64,000 nucleotides of DNA from positions 1,631-65,630 of the forward strand of contig CAZPDF010000002.1 of the NCBI GenBank assembly GCA_964585475.1. The letters run 5' to 3'. Shown one piece after another: positions 43,311 through 52,174 of the stretch. The notes beneath the pieces are model-generated. The model saw only the letters and a list, made by a program, of their open reading frames with translations. It was not told the DNA's origin and did no database searches. The translations under genes and the position numbers were made by a program. The stretch is from an uncultured Candidatus Saccharibacteria bacterium. Its GTDB lineage: Bacteria; Patescibacteriota; Minisyncoccia; Sungbacterales; HO2-52-23. Numbering within the stretch: position 1 is the stretch's first letter; the number at the start of each line of letters is the position of its first letter.

Positions 43311-45338
43311 TCACCCTTTTGCTGTTTCAACTGCATCAGCCAGCATCTGGCAATAAAGATTGAGCCCAACCTTATTGATGGCTCCGGACTGCTCACGTCC
43401 AAGAATATTTCCGGCACCGCGGATTTCAAGATCCCGAAGTGCAATTTGATATCCGCTCCCTAGTTCCGCATATTCTTTGAGAGCATCTAGCCGCTCTAAA
43501 GATTTCTCCGTAAGATGAGGCGGTTTATAAAGGAAGTAGGCGAAGGCCTGGGTTGAAGCGCGACCTATTCTTCCGCGAAGCTGATGCGCTTCGGCCAGGC
43601 CGAGACGCGTGGCGTCATCCACGATTAGGGTATTGGCTGATGAAATATCAAGGCCGTTTTCAATAATGGTAGTAGCCAGCAGCAGATCGGCTTCTTTATT
43701 CCGGAATTTGTCCATGGCGCGCAAAATTTCACGCTCTTTCATCCTACCGTGTATGGTCTCGATCCGCAGCCGTCCGCCGATTTTAAGCGAACTAAGTTTT
43801 TCCCTGACACGCCCGATGGTTTCAATCCTATTATGCAAAAAATAAATCTGACCACCCCGTTTAATTTCAAATTCGATTGCTTTTCGTATGGTTTGGGGCG
43901 AGTAAGGAAGTGCGAGTGTAGCAATCGGCAGGCGCTCCGGCGGCGGGGTCTCGATGAGGGAAAGGTCGCGCAATTTGGCAAGCGCCAAGGAGAGCGTTCG
44001 CGGAATGGGAGTTGCTGAAAGCGAGAGAATATCTATTCCTGCTCGAAGGTTCTTGAAATACTCTTTTTGCTTGACTCCAAAGCGCTGTTCCTCATCAATG
44101 ATTACTAGGCCGAGATCTTTGAATTTTACATCGGGGGAAAGCAAGCGGTGGGTGCCTATGATGCAGTCAATTTTACCCTCGCTCAACTCCCGCAGGATTC
44201 GCGTTTCGTCTCCTCGAGAGATGAGCCGCGAGAGCATGGCCGCAGTTACTGGTAATTGGTTACTAATGCGTTCGTGGAATGTTTTTTCGTGCTGGGAGGC
44301 AAGAATCGTGGTTGGCGCAAGAAGTGCTACCTGCCTGCCCGAGGCAATTACCCGGAGTGCTGCGCGGAGTGCCAGTTCCGTTTTTCCGAAACCAACGTCG
44401 CCGCAAAGAATTCGGTCCATGGGCCTCGTATGCTCAAGGTCGCGCATTATTTCTTCCTCAGCGCGCAATTGGTCTTCCGTCTCTACAAAGGAAAATGTTT
44501 CTTTGAGTTCTCTCTCCAGCATCGCGTCCCCCGCATAAGGCGGACGCTCGGAGGCATGGCGTTTCGCATAAAGCTCCAAAAGTTCGTGCGCGAGTTTCTC
44601 CGCATCTTCTTTTACTCGTCTTTTAGCGGTCTGCCATATTGTTCCGCCGAGCCGATGGATTCTCGGGGTTTCGAATCCCACATAGGGCGAAAGGCGGTCT
44701 TTTTGATCGGTCGGCACGTAGAGGCGGTCGGGTTCGGCATTCGGCCGGGGGGCCGCATATTCAATTATGAAAAAATCCGAAGCACGAAATCCGAAATCGT
44801 TTTGGAATTTTGAATTTTGAATTTCGGATTTGTTTCGGTTTTCGGATTTCGTATTTAGGATTTCCGCGGCCGTGCCGCGGTATATTCCGATGCCGTGGTC
44901 TACATGCACCACATAACTTCCTGGCGGAAGTTTTTCAATTGTTTGCGTACGGACAAATTTGGGTTTTACTTTCTCCGCGGTTTCCGGACGCTCGCTTATC
45001 GAATCAATTGTGTTTCCCGCAAATTCAATGAGGTAGGGTGTTTCTGCATTGATCGGCCAGAGCTCAATAATTCCTCCGCGAACCGCAAATACGCCTCGGC
45101 CCGGTACTGTTTGCGCCCGCTCGTATCCAAGATCAATCAATTTTCTTGTAAATTCCGAGGGTTTTAGAACGAGGTCCGTTTCTATAAAGAAGGCATTGCC
45201 ACGCCACCAGAGATTGGTTGAAGCAGCTTTTTTTATCGAGGCGCGATTTTCTTTAAACCATAAAGCACCCCTTTCCAGATTCTGGGGGGTGAGTGACACG
45301 ATTAGGAGCTCGGTAATTTCCGGCGGTCCGGTTGACAT
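43311..45338 (-). CDS. mfd: transcription-repair coupling factor Mfd (short form lacking the N-terminal UvrB-homology region), with in-frame low-complexity insertion
   Basis: Helicase motifs GDVGFGKTELALRAA, DEEQRFGV, superfamily-2 C-terminal domain; start at MSTGPPEITELLIV; insertion SENRNKSEIQNSKFQNDFGFRASDF from the repeats at 44770-44880. Confidence 0.85.
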   Translation of the reverse strand: MSTGPPEITELLIVSLTPQNLERGALWFKENRASIKKAASTNLWWRGNAFFIETDLVLKPSEFTRKLIDLGYERAQTVPGRGVFAVRGGIIELWPINAETPYLIEFAGNTIDSISERPETAEKVKPKFVRTQTIEKLPPGSYVVHVDHGIGIYRGTAAEILNTKSENRNKSEIQNSKFQNDFGFRASDFFIIEYAAPRPNAEPDRLYVPTDQKDRLSPYVGFETPRIHRLGGTIWQTAKRRVKEDAEKLAHELLELYAKRHASERPPYAGDAMLERELKETFSFVETEDQLRAEEEIMRDLEHTRPMDRILCGDVGFGKTELALRAALRVIASGRQVALLAPTTILASQHEKTFHERISNQLPVTAAMLSRLISRGDETRILRELSEGKIDCIIGTHRLLSPDVKFKDLGLVIIDEEQRFGVKQKEYFKNLRAGIDILSLSATPIPRTLSLALAKLRDLSLIETPPPERLPIATLALPYSPQTIRKAIEFEIKRGGQIYFLHNRIETIGRVREKLSSLKIGGRLRIETIHGRMKEREILRAMDKFRNKEADLLLATTIIENGLDISSANTLIVDDATRLGLAEAHQLRGRIGRASTQAFAYFLYKPPHLTEKSLERLDALKEYAELGSGYQIALRDLEIRGAGNILGREQSGAINKVGLNLYCQMLADAVETAKG
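44770..44880. repeat. Low-complexity GAAATCCGAAAT / GAATTTTGAATTT repeats in-frame within mfd
   Basis: gaaaaaatccgaagcacgaaatccgaaatcgttttggaattttgaattttgaatttcggatttgtttcggttttcggatttcgtatttaggatttc. Confidence 0.65.
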
Positions 45339-45393
45339 TCGTTTAAAACATGATATCATGGTTGGCAGCACTAAACAAGAAAGGCGGCCGAAC

Positions 45394-45774
45394 ATGTTTC
45401 GCACGAGACATAGCGGTACGTTTCTTCTGCTCTTCTTCTCTGTCTTTATATTCCTTATGATGGCGCGCGAGGGGGAAACCGGGGAGCCGCCCGGAGGTGA
45501 TCCCCTGGAACGCCTTTTTCAAATAATTCAGAGCGGCATGAGTATCGAGGAAGTTTCCGAGAAGGCAGGGGAATTGAATGTGCGTGTCGTATCACGATTC
45601 GATTCCCGCATGATTACTTTTGAGTGGTACGGCGAGGATTTCTTCCGCACCGGCACGAAGCCCTTTTCGGTTTTGTATATTAAATTTCTTGAGGAAAAAG
45701 TAGTTTGTGTCTATTATCGGTTTGCCTATGAGCGTGATCCTCATATACGCCGGGAACGCGGCATAGCTTGCTGA
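45394..45774 (+). CDS. hypothetical small secreted/membrane protein
   Basis: Internal ATG with AAGGCGG RBS chosen because the long ORF 45049-45774 overlaps mfd on the opposite strand; N-terminal hydrophobic segment. Confidence 0.4.
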   Translation: MFRTRHSGTFLLLFFSVFIFLMMAREGETGEPPGGDPLERLFQIIQSGMSIEEVSEKAGELNVRVVSRFDSRMITFEWYGEDFFRTGTKPFSVLYIKFLEEKVVCVYYRFAYERDPHIRRERGIAC

Positions 45775-45836
45775 ATCCGCGAAGTCCTACGGAAAACCAA
45801 AAAAGCAGAAAATCGCACCTCGGTGCGACTTTCTTT

Positions 45837-46403
45837 TTAATTTTTGTTTATAAGGTTTATGGCTTTCTCTGGTCCTGCATCCAAAATCAGCAAAAGTCCT
45901 TCCAGTAATTTCTTTTTTACTTTTTTCAAGACTGTTTCTTCTACGGGCGTAAATTTCTGTAAAACCAATTTCATCGCGTCCACGCGTTTTTTCTTCTGTA
46001 TCCCTACCCGGAGTCGCCAAAAATCCCAAGTGCCGAGAGCCCGTCTAACCGACTCCACTCCTTTGTGTCCGGCCGAATGTTTCCCGAAAGAAAGTTTGGC
46101 GCGCCCGAGTTCTATATCCGCATCGTCGTGGATGAGAAAAACGCTTTTTGGTTTCACTTTGTAGAAACGTACGGCGGGAGAGACCGCATTACCAGATTTA
46201 TTCATCATCGTATCGGGCAAGAGTACTGCAACTCGCTCTTTACCAATCTTTCCCTCGCCTACTTCGGCGTTCCATTTTTTCTCAAAGCGAAAATCGGGAA
46301 GACCGCCCTTGTCCCTAAAGGCAGCCGCAATTTCCCGTCCGATATTATGGCGGGTTCCTTTGTACTCTTTTCCCGGATTACCGAGGCCAACGACGAGAAT
46401 CAT
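45837..46403 (-). CDS. pth: peptidyl-tRNA hydrolase
   Basis: MILVVGLGNPGKEYKGTRHNIG...LIHDDADIELGRAKL...HKGVES. Confidence 0.85.
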   Translation of the reverse strand: MILVVGLGNPGKEYKGTRHNIGREIAAAFRDKGGLPDFRFEKKWNAEVGEGKIGKERVAVLLPDTMMNKSGNAVSPAVRFYKVKPKSVFLIHDDADIELGRAKLSFGKHSAGHKGVESVRRALGTWDFWRLRVGIQKKKRVDAMKLVLQKFTPVEETVLKKVKKKLLEGLLLILDAGPEKAINLINKN

Positions 46404-46449
46404 ATATTTGCCAAGCCCAAGAGAATCACTATAATGATATAGTACCCAT

Positions 46450-47049
46450 ATGAGTGAAGAACGTAAATACCCTGAGGAGGTTTCTCTAAATAAGAAGGGT
46501 TGGGGCGCTGAACTTTGGGACATTATTAAGGTTCTGGCGATTTCCCTGGCAATAGTCCTTCCATTTCGCTACTATATTGCCCAACCCTTTATCGTGCGAG
46601 GCGCTTCTATGGAGCCGACGTTTGAGGACCGTGAATACCTGATCATTGACGAGGTAACATATTATTTCAATGCGCCGGAGAGGGGGGAAGTGATTGTTTT
46701 TCGCTATCCTCGCGATCCAAGGCAATTTTTTATCAAAAGAATCATCGGCCTTCCCGGAGAGAAGGTCGAGACAAAAGACGGGAGGGTTAAGCTTTACAAT
46801 GCGGCGTATCCGGATGGATTCACGCTGGAGGAGTTCTATCTTGTTCCGCCGGGAAAAGAAACGCAACCGAATTTAACTATTACCCTGGGCCAGGATGAAT
46901 ATTTCGTGCTGGGAGACAATCGCGGTTTTAGTTCTGATTCCCGTGTCTGGGGACCGCTGCACAAAAAATTAATAGTAGGAAGAGTCTTATTTCGCGCCTG
47001 GCCGCTTTCAAGGCTCGGGGCCGTCAAGGATTATAGTTTTTCTTTTTAG
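46450..47049 (+). CDS. lepB: signal peptidase I
   Basis: RGASMEPTF (Ser nucleophile box) and GDNRGFSSDSRVWGP (Lys box region). Confidence 0.85.
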   Translation: MSEERKYPEEVSLNKKGWGAELWDIIKVLAISLAIVLPFRYYIAQPFIVRGASMEPTFEDREYLIIDEVTYYFNAPERGEVIVFRYPRDPRQFFIKRIIGLPGEKVETKDGRVKLYNAAYPDGFTLEEFYLVPPGKETQPNLTITLGQDEYFVLGDNRGFSSDSRVWGPLHKKLIVGRVLFRAWPLSRLGAVKDYSFSF

Positions 47050-47131
47050 TGTATGCGAATAGCGCTCGCTCCCCCGACATTACGTCGGGGTCGCGAAATG
47101 CGAATGCGCACATGCGAATAGTATAACCGTC

Positions 47132-48574
47132 ATGCCTAAAATCAAGTCTTCGCCAAATGAATATCTGGCTGAATTCGATCGCATGCCGCAGGAAGAGAGG
47201 CAGATAGGACGCATACGTAAATCCTTGGAAGCGCTCGCCGAATTTTACGGTTTCGAAAAAATTTCTACATCCATCGTAGAAAATTATCGCGTGTTCCTGC
47301 CACTCTTGCGAGCCGGAGTTCTTGGCGAAAACTTGCCGGTGTTTGGCAAGACCAAGGTAGGAGCAGAAATTTTCCTGCGGCCGGCCGGAGTACTCGGGGT
47401 TTTGCGCTCCTACATGTCGCAGAAGATGAATGACCTGCCTCACCCTTTGCGTTTTTCTTTTGAGGGGGAGCGTTACTCTCTTGCCTCCCACGGACACGGT
47501 TCCAAAATATATAGCCGCCCCGAGTGGGGGATTATGATGATTGGAGAAGAAGGGCCGATTGCCGAAGCGGAGATCATACAGGTAATCTGGAAGGCGATTC
47601 ACGAATCGGGACTCGATTTGGGCGAATTAGCGCTTCGCGTAAACGCAACCGGCTGTTCGGTCTGCCGCTCGTCTTTTCGCTCTTCTCTCAATTCTTATTT
47701 CCGCACTCGTTCCGGGCGCATGTGCAAAAATTGCAGGAGACTGTCCAAACGTAATCCTACAAAAATTCTTCTTTGCGAAGAAGAGAAATGCAAGGTACTT
47801 TTCAGCCACGCCCCGCAGGTCCTTGACTTTTTATGCGAAGCGTGCAAGAAACATTTGAGGGGATTTCTGGAGTTTCTGGACGAGGTGGGCATTGCGTATT
47901 TTCTTGACCCCAAGCTTTTTAAAGACGGCTCCTGGTTTAACACCCTTATTTTTGAAGCGGTAGTGAGGCCGAAAGCGGCGGCTCCAGTGGAGGGTGAAGT
48001 GATAGCGAGTACCCCACAATTTATCCCCCCACCTTCTCGAATACCTCACGGTCTTGCTGCCGGGACGGAGGGTAATTTACAATCCTTCCCGCGGGGTGCT
48101 GAACCCCATGAGAAGGCGGGGGGATTTATTTTGGCCGAGGGCGGCCGGGTTAGTCATGCCGCCGAAATTATGGTCGGGAGGCGTCTGGATGTAGCGAGCG
48201 CCTCTTTCTTTTTCGATACATGGGTCTTGATGCTTGCGAGTGCCAGGAATCTTGTAGGGAAAGAGGAGGAGAGGCCTAAAGTGTTTCTTACTCAACTCGG
48301 GGAACTGGCTAAACGTAAAAGTTTGGTGCTTCTTGAGACGCTGCGAAAGGGTGGCGTTGGGGTACGGGAATCTCTTGGCCGTGATTCAATCAAATCACAG
48401 TTAACAGTTGCCGGACGCGTAGGGGCCGAAATTGCTCTGATTCTTGGCCAGAAAGAGGCGCTGGACAATACCATTATTGTCCGTGAGGTAAGCTCGGGGA
48501 TTCAGGAGACGATACCACAAGACAAATTGATAGAGTTTTTAAAGAAGAAACTAAAGGCTTCGCCCAAAAATTGA
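47132..48574 (+). CDS. histidyl-tRNA synthetase-like class II aaRS (HisS/HisZ family), divergent with a Cys-rich insertion
   Basis: LRPAGVLGVLRSY resembles the HisRS motif-2 region; C-terminal anticodon-binding-like domain; central CSVC...CKNC...CEEEKC...CEAC cluster; canonical motif 3 not evident. Confidence 0.5.
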   Translation: MPKIKSSPNEYLAEFDRMPQEERQIGRIRKSLEALAEFYGFEKISTSIVENYRVFLPLLRAGVLGENLPVFGKTKVGAEIFLRPAGVLGVLRSYMSQKMNDLPHPLRFSFEGERYSLASHGHGSKIYSRPEWGIMMIGEEGPIAEAEIIQVIWKAIHESGLDLGELALRVNATGCSVCRSSFRSSLNSYFRTRSGRMCKNCRRLSKRNPTKILLCEEEKCKVLFSHAPQVLDFLCEACKKHLRGFLEFLDEVGIAYFLDPKLFKDGSWFNTLIFEAVVRPKAAAPVEGEVIASTPQFIPPPSRIPHGLAAGTEGNLQSFPRGAEPHEKAGGFILAEGGRVSHAAEIMVGRRLDVASASFFFDTWVLMLASARNLVGKEEERPKVFLTQLGELAKRKSLVLLETLRKGGVGVRESLGRDSIKSQLTVAGRVGAEIALILGQKEALDNTIIVREVSSGIQETIPQDKLIEFLKKKLKASPKN

Positions 48575-48605
48575 AGCGTTAGCGCACAATTTTTGGCTGC
48601 GAAAC

Positions 48606-48716
48606 TTTAGCCCAGCACTTATTCTACTGTAAAGACCAAATGATAATACAAAAAGTTTGCAGCATTAAACTTCTAATCTTTACGCCATCTTTGTAGTAGA
48701 ATAAGTGCTGGGCTAA
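48606..48716. repeat. MITE-like palindromic element (variant TIR AGCCCAGCACTTATTCTACT)
   Basis: ttagcccagcacttattctact ... agtagaataagtgctgggctaa; perfect 22-bp TIRs flanking 67 bp. Confidence 0.6.
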
Positions 48717-48741
48717 AGTAATTTATATACTAATCCACGAA

Positions 48742-48820
48742 TTACCACACGAATCCACAAATGACTCGACAGACTCACTGTAGATAATTAGTGGATTAGT
48801 GCGCACATTAGTGGATTGGT
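48742..48820. promoter_or_regulatory. Cluster of four DnaA-box-like 9-mers ((T/C/G)AATCCAC(A/T/G)), two per strand
   Basis: ctaatccacg, cgaatccaca, ttagtggattag (RC ctaatccactaa), ttagtggattgg (RC ccaatccactaa); each is one mismatch from TTATCCACA. Confidence 0.4.
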
Positions 48821-48829
48821 GTACAGTGC

Positions 48830-49246
48830 ATGGACTGCCTTTTCTGCAAAATCGCCGCAGGCGAAATTGGCTCCGAGGTTATATATGAGGACACGGAGGT
48901 AAAGGTTTTCAAAGACCTTCACCCCAAAGCCCCGGTGCATCTGCTCGTTATTCCTAAAACTCACATTCAGTCCATTGCGCATCTGGACCCCGCACCTTTT
49001 GTGGACTGCGCTTCGCGCGGGGACTCACACTTAGTCCACAAAAGGTGCGGGGTGGAAGCCGACCAACAGTGTTATATAATCGCCAAACTGATTTATGCCG
49101 CCAAGAACGCTGCCGCGGATCAGGGATTGAAAGGATATAAATTAGTGTTTAATGTGGGGCGGGAAGGAGGGCAGGTGATAGATCATCTGCATCTGCATTT
49201 GCTTGGTGGATGGGGAAGCGAGGGTGAGAGGAGTATAAATGTTTAG
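48830..49246 (+). CDS. HIT-family (histidine triad) nucleotide hydrolase, with in-frame palindromic insertion
   Basis: HLLVIPKTHI...; HLHLHLLGG triad; insertion at 48988-49052. Confidence 0.8.
   Translation: MDCLFCKIAAGEIGSEVIYEDTEVKVFKDLHPKAPVHLLVIPKTHIQSIAHLDPAPFVDCASRGDSHLVHKRCGVEADQQCYIIAKLIYAAKNAAADQGLKGYKLVFNVGREGGQVIDHLHLHLLGGWGSEGERSINV
48988..49052. repeat. In-frame palindromic element (CCCCGCACC TIR, MITE-family-like) inside the HIT gene
   Basis: ccccgcaccttttgtggac-tgcgcttcgcgcggggactcacacttag-tccacaaaaggtgcgggg has 19-bp perfect TIRs. It encodes DPAPFVDCASRGDSHLVHKRCGV between the conserved HIT segments. Confidence 0.75.
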
Positions 49247-49262
49247 ATCTTTACGAAATAAG

Positions 49263-49312
49263 AATCCGTACGAATGTACGAATTCGTAAATTCGTAAAAA
49301 TTCGTATTTCGT
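49263..49312. repeat. Low-complexity TTCGTAAA-type direct repeats upstream of rpsU
   Basis: cgtacgaatgtacgaattcgtaaattcgtaaaaattcgtatttcgtaaatg. Confidence 0.6.
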
Positions 49313-49318
49313 AAATGT

Positions 49319-49546
49319 ATGGTCGAGGTAAAAAGACGACAAAATGAAACCACCGGGGCCATGCTCCGGAGATTTACCCGAAGAGTCCAACAATCGGGCA
49401 TTTTGATTCAGGCGCGAAAAATCAAGTTTTATAAGCATAAACCGACGAGACGTGCCATGCGCGAGAGGGCTTTGCGGAGAGGGCAGAAGATGAAAGAAAT
49501 TGAGAGGTTGAAGAAATTGGGGAAATACAAGGAGGATGAGAGATGA
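49319..49546 (+). CDS. rpsU: 30S ribosomal protein S21
   Basis: MVEVKRRQNE...LRRFTRRVQQSGIL...KPTRRAMRERALRRGQKM. Confidence 0.8.
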   Translation: MVEVKRRQNETTGAMLRRFTRRVQQSGILIQARKIKFYKHKPTRRAMRERALRRGQKMKEIERLKKLGKYKEDER

Positions 49547-49811
49547 GAAAGGCGCGGTTTCCTCGGCAATTCTTTTTGAAAACACGCACGGCTGCCCCAG
49601 CGGGCAGCCGTGCTCAGTGATCTGCCGGCGACTCGCCTTCGGCGAGACCGTGCTCGCCGGCCTCTCAATGGTTTTCTAAAAGAACTGCCTCGACCGCTTG
49701 GACCCATCTTAAAAGAAAAAAGTGAAAAGGAAATGAAAAAACCGAGGAGCAATCCTCGGATTTGACTTTTCACAACCTTCCGCTTATATTGGTGCTAGAT
49801 CATATAAAAGA

Positions 49812-50585
49812 GTGGATGGAATGTCCGAGATTAAGGTTGCTACCCTTCCGAACGAAGTAGCACATGCACTACAAAACGCTGTCGAGCGTGTCGGCGGAAT
49901 CAACCACCTTAGGAGCGAATCGGCAGACGCAATCCGTACTCCCCGGGTAATTGTGTTTAATTCCGTTCTTTTTCGTGCACTCTTGGCAGAATATGTTAAT
50001 AAAGGCCAGACATTCAGCGATATCAGACGTAAAGATCCGCGTTTATTCCACACGCTTCTTGGTATGTATGTTGGCGATGTCAAGACCAAAGATCGCCTTT
50101 ACACCATGCAATTGGTTGATGGGGAAAGCGGACCGATTGATGGGGCGGTGTTTGAAGCGTGGGTCTTGACACCAGAGATTTCAGCCAGACATTTTCATCA
50201 AAAGCATGAAGCGCTAGCCAGGCTCTTGCGAAGATACGGCAAAGTGAAAAGCTACAAAATTGAGGGCTATGACCATATTGAGGCGCCGCTTAATCGTTAC
50301 GCCGGGGACCACCCCAACCATTTTCGAAGAACCAAGTATCTTTCTTCTGTCTGGCTTAACTCCGACTTACAGCTAGGACAAAGGAGGGGCGGAACTTTTC
50401 GGTTTTTCGATTCCTTCTTAATCGGCAATGGCCATGCGGGTAAAACGAGCGAGAAAAGCGCAAAGATTCCTAAGAAGTTTTGTGATTATTCCGGCCCATT
50501 CCTCCGCATCATCATGCGTTGTAGAAAAGACCGCGCACCGGAGTTTATCAAAGTTGTCACAAAATGTGTAGAGGTGCTCATATAG
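49812..50585 (+). CDS. hypothetical protein
   Basis: 257-aa ORF, no recognisable motifs; lies between similar ccgaggagc.atcctcgg hairpins (49742-49760 and 51077-51095) together with the TA remnant. Confidence 0.4.
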   Translation: MDGMSEIKVATLPNEVAHALQNAVERVGGINHLRSESADAIRTPRVIVFNSVLFRALLAEYVNKGQTFSDIRRKDPRLFHTLLGMYVGDVKTKDRLYTMQLVDGESGPIDGAVFEAWVLTPEISARHFHQKHEALARLLRRYGKVKSYKIEGYDHIEAPLNRYAGDHPNHFRRTKYLSSVWLNSDLQLGQRRGGTFRFFDSFLIGNGHAGKTSEKSAKIPKKFCDYSGPFLRIIMRCRKDRAPEFIKVVTKCVEVLI

Positions 50586-50703
50586 GGAAAGACCCAAATG
50601 CTGTGCTATTATATAGTGCGGCATTTTAATTTGGGCACCGAAGATTCGTTTCCAGGAGCGGCTCCTCGGTTGACTTTATTGTTTTTGGGATTAGGATAGC
50701 AAT

Positions 50704-50979
50704 ATGCCCACTATTACTACTCCACGGCATGTGAAAACAAGCGAAGATTTGGTTGCTATTCCACGGAAAGAATATGAGGAGTTTTTGCGCACGCAAAAAC
50801 GCAATGGGAGAGAGGGAAGAGTGAAGCATACGATGAGGGCGCCAAAGAAACCTGAGAGATTTTATAATGGGCTCGATCGGGAGCTTACCGAAGCGCTGCG
50901 AGACATAGAAGCCGGCAAAACCTACGGGCCGTTCAACACCGCAGAAGAGGCGATACGCTTTCTTCGCCGAAAGAGATGA
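50704..50979 (+). CDS. AbrB/MazE-fold antitoxin candidate (paralog of 25091-25324) with RelB/ParD-like C-terminal tail
   Basis: DLVAIPRKEYEEFL versus DLVVIPRGEYEDLL in the paralog; C-terminal LTEALRDIEAGKTYGPFNTAEEAIRFL. Confidence 0.5.
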   Translation: MPTITTPRHVKTSEDLVAIPRKEYEEFLRTQKRNGREGRVKHTMRAPKKPERFYNGLDRELTEALRDIEAGKTYGPFNTAEEAIRFLRRKR

Positions 50980-51067
50980 TGCTAGAATTTACAAAGAAGT
51001 TTGACGATACGTACCGTTCATTTCCGAAAGAGGTTTTTGAATATAAAAAAACACAAGGATTGATTTA
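50975..51067 (+). pseudogene. 5' remnant (30 codons) of a RelE/ParE-family toxin gene
   Basis: MMLEFTKKFDDTYRSFPKEVFEYKKTQGLI** matches the toxin N-terminus (EFT..F...Y...PKEV) and overlaps the antitoxin stop by 4 nt as in intact TA operons; truncated by tandem stops just before the hairpin at 51077. Confidence 0.45.
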
Positions 51068-51101
51068 ATAAAACCACCGAGGAGCGATCCTCGGTGTTGT
51101 G

Positions 51102-51602
51102 TTATATTCTGCGGAAGACTGTAGAAGGCCGCATGGTGAGATAGAACTCTTTGGCCCTCCGGCCTTTCAGGTTTTTGGCGCCATATTTATGAAATGCTTC
51201 CGCTGTGGGTAAGGCTCTCCAGCGTAAGAATGTTTTGAGGCGTGAATCTTTTTTGGGGTCGCGGAGGAACGCGATGAGATCGTTGTATGACCACTCGGCA
51301 AAGATCTCCAGACGCGCAAATGCTCTGTAGAACTTCTTCAGCGGGGATTTAAGTTCCGGCGGATCAACCTCGGAAAGATAAAGGTTTTTGTAGCCCTGTG
51401 ATATGCGAGGATCTTTTAGAACCCGTTTTGCTGTAGCAAGCCATTTTCCGACTTCAGCAGAGTAGGGCGTTCCGTGCTTTTTAGCTTGAGCCATGAGTTT
51501 TCCTTCAAACTCACCGACTGTCATTCTAACCCGAGCGGTTTTCATCTCGTTCCACGCTGATTCAATATCGGCAAGAGCTTTCTGGATGGTAGTCATCCCC
51601 AT
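51102..51602 (-). CDS. hypothetical protein
   Basis: 166-aa ORF. Confidence 0.4.
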   Translation of the reverse strand: MGMTTIQKALADIESAWNEMKTARVRMTVGEFEGKLMAQAKKHGTPYSAEVGKWLATAKRVLKDPRISQGYKNLYLSEVDPPELKSPLKKFYRAFARLEIFAEWSYNDLIAFLRDPKKDSRLKTFLRWRALPTAEAFHKYGAKNLKGRRAKEFYLTMRPSTVFRRI

Positions 51603-51691
51603 TTTTCCCGTTGAGATCTCTCCTTAATTGTAGGTAGATATAATTGATTGTCAAGGTTGACTTTAACAACAGGAGTTGTTACGAAGAAGAT

Positions 51692-52174
51692 ATGAAATTA
51701 AAAATTCAGCAGGATATAAAAGACGCAATGCGCGCGAAAGACGAGCTTCGTCTTTCGGTTTTGCGGATGCTGTCTGCGGCCATGCATAATAAAGAGCTTG
51801 AAAAACGCGCCAAGACCGGCAAACCGGAGGAACTTAGTGAAGAGGAGACGGTTGCGGTTCTGCGATCGGAAGTTAAGAAACGGCGCGATTCTATAACCGA
51901 ATTTGAAAAAGGCAGGCGCAAGGATCTGGCCGATAAGGAGTCGGCAGAGTTGAAAATTTTGGAAGTTTATATGCCGCAGGAGATGTCGGATGAAGAAATT
52001 GAGAAAATTGTGAAAGAAGTTATAGCAGGAGCTGGCGAGGTGACCGAAAAACCCTTCGACAAAGCTCGGGGCAGGGATTTTGGCCGCCTGATGGGCGAAG
52101 TGATGAAGCATGTGAAAGGACAAGCATCAGGAGATCGGGTGAGCGGCATGGTGAAAAAAGCGCTAGGGTCATGA
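51692..52174 (+). CDS. GatB/YqeY-domain protein
   Basis: MKLKIQQDIKDAMRAKDELRLSVLRMLSAAMHNKELEK... typical YqeY N-terminus; internal ATG chosen. Confidence 0.7.
   Translation: MKLKIQQDIKDAMRAKDELRLSVLRMLSAAMHNKELEKRAKTGKPEELSEEETVAVLRSEVKKRRDSITEFEKGRRKDLADKESAELKILEVYMPQEMSDEEIEKIVKEVIAGAGEVTEKPFDKARGRDFGRLMGEVMKHVKGQASGDRVSGMVKKALGS

Noticed and set aside
45049-45393. Long N-terminal extension of the 45049-45774 ORF
   Set aside because: Overlaps the mfd N-terminus on the opposite strand by about 290 bp; an internal ATG at 45394 with an RBS gives a plausible signal-peptide protein instead.
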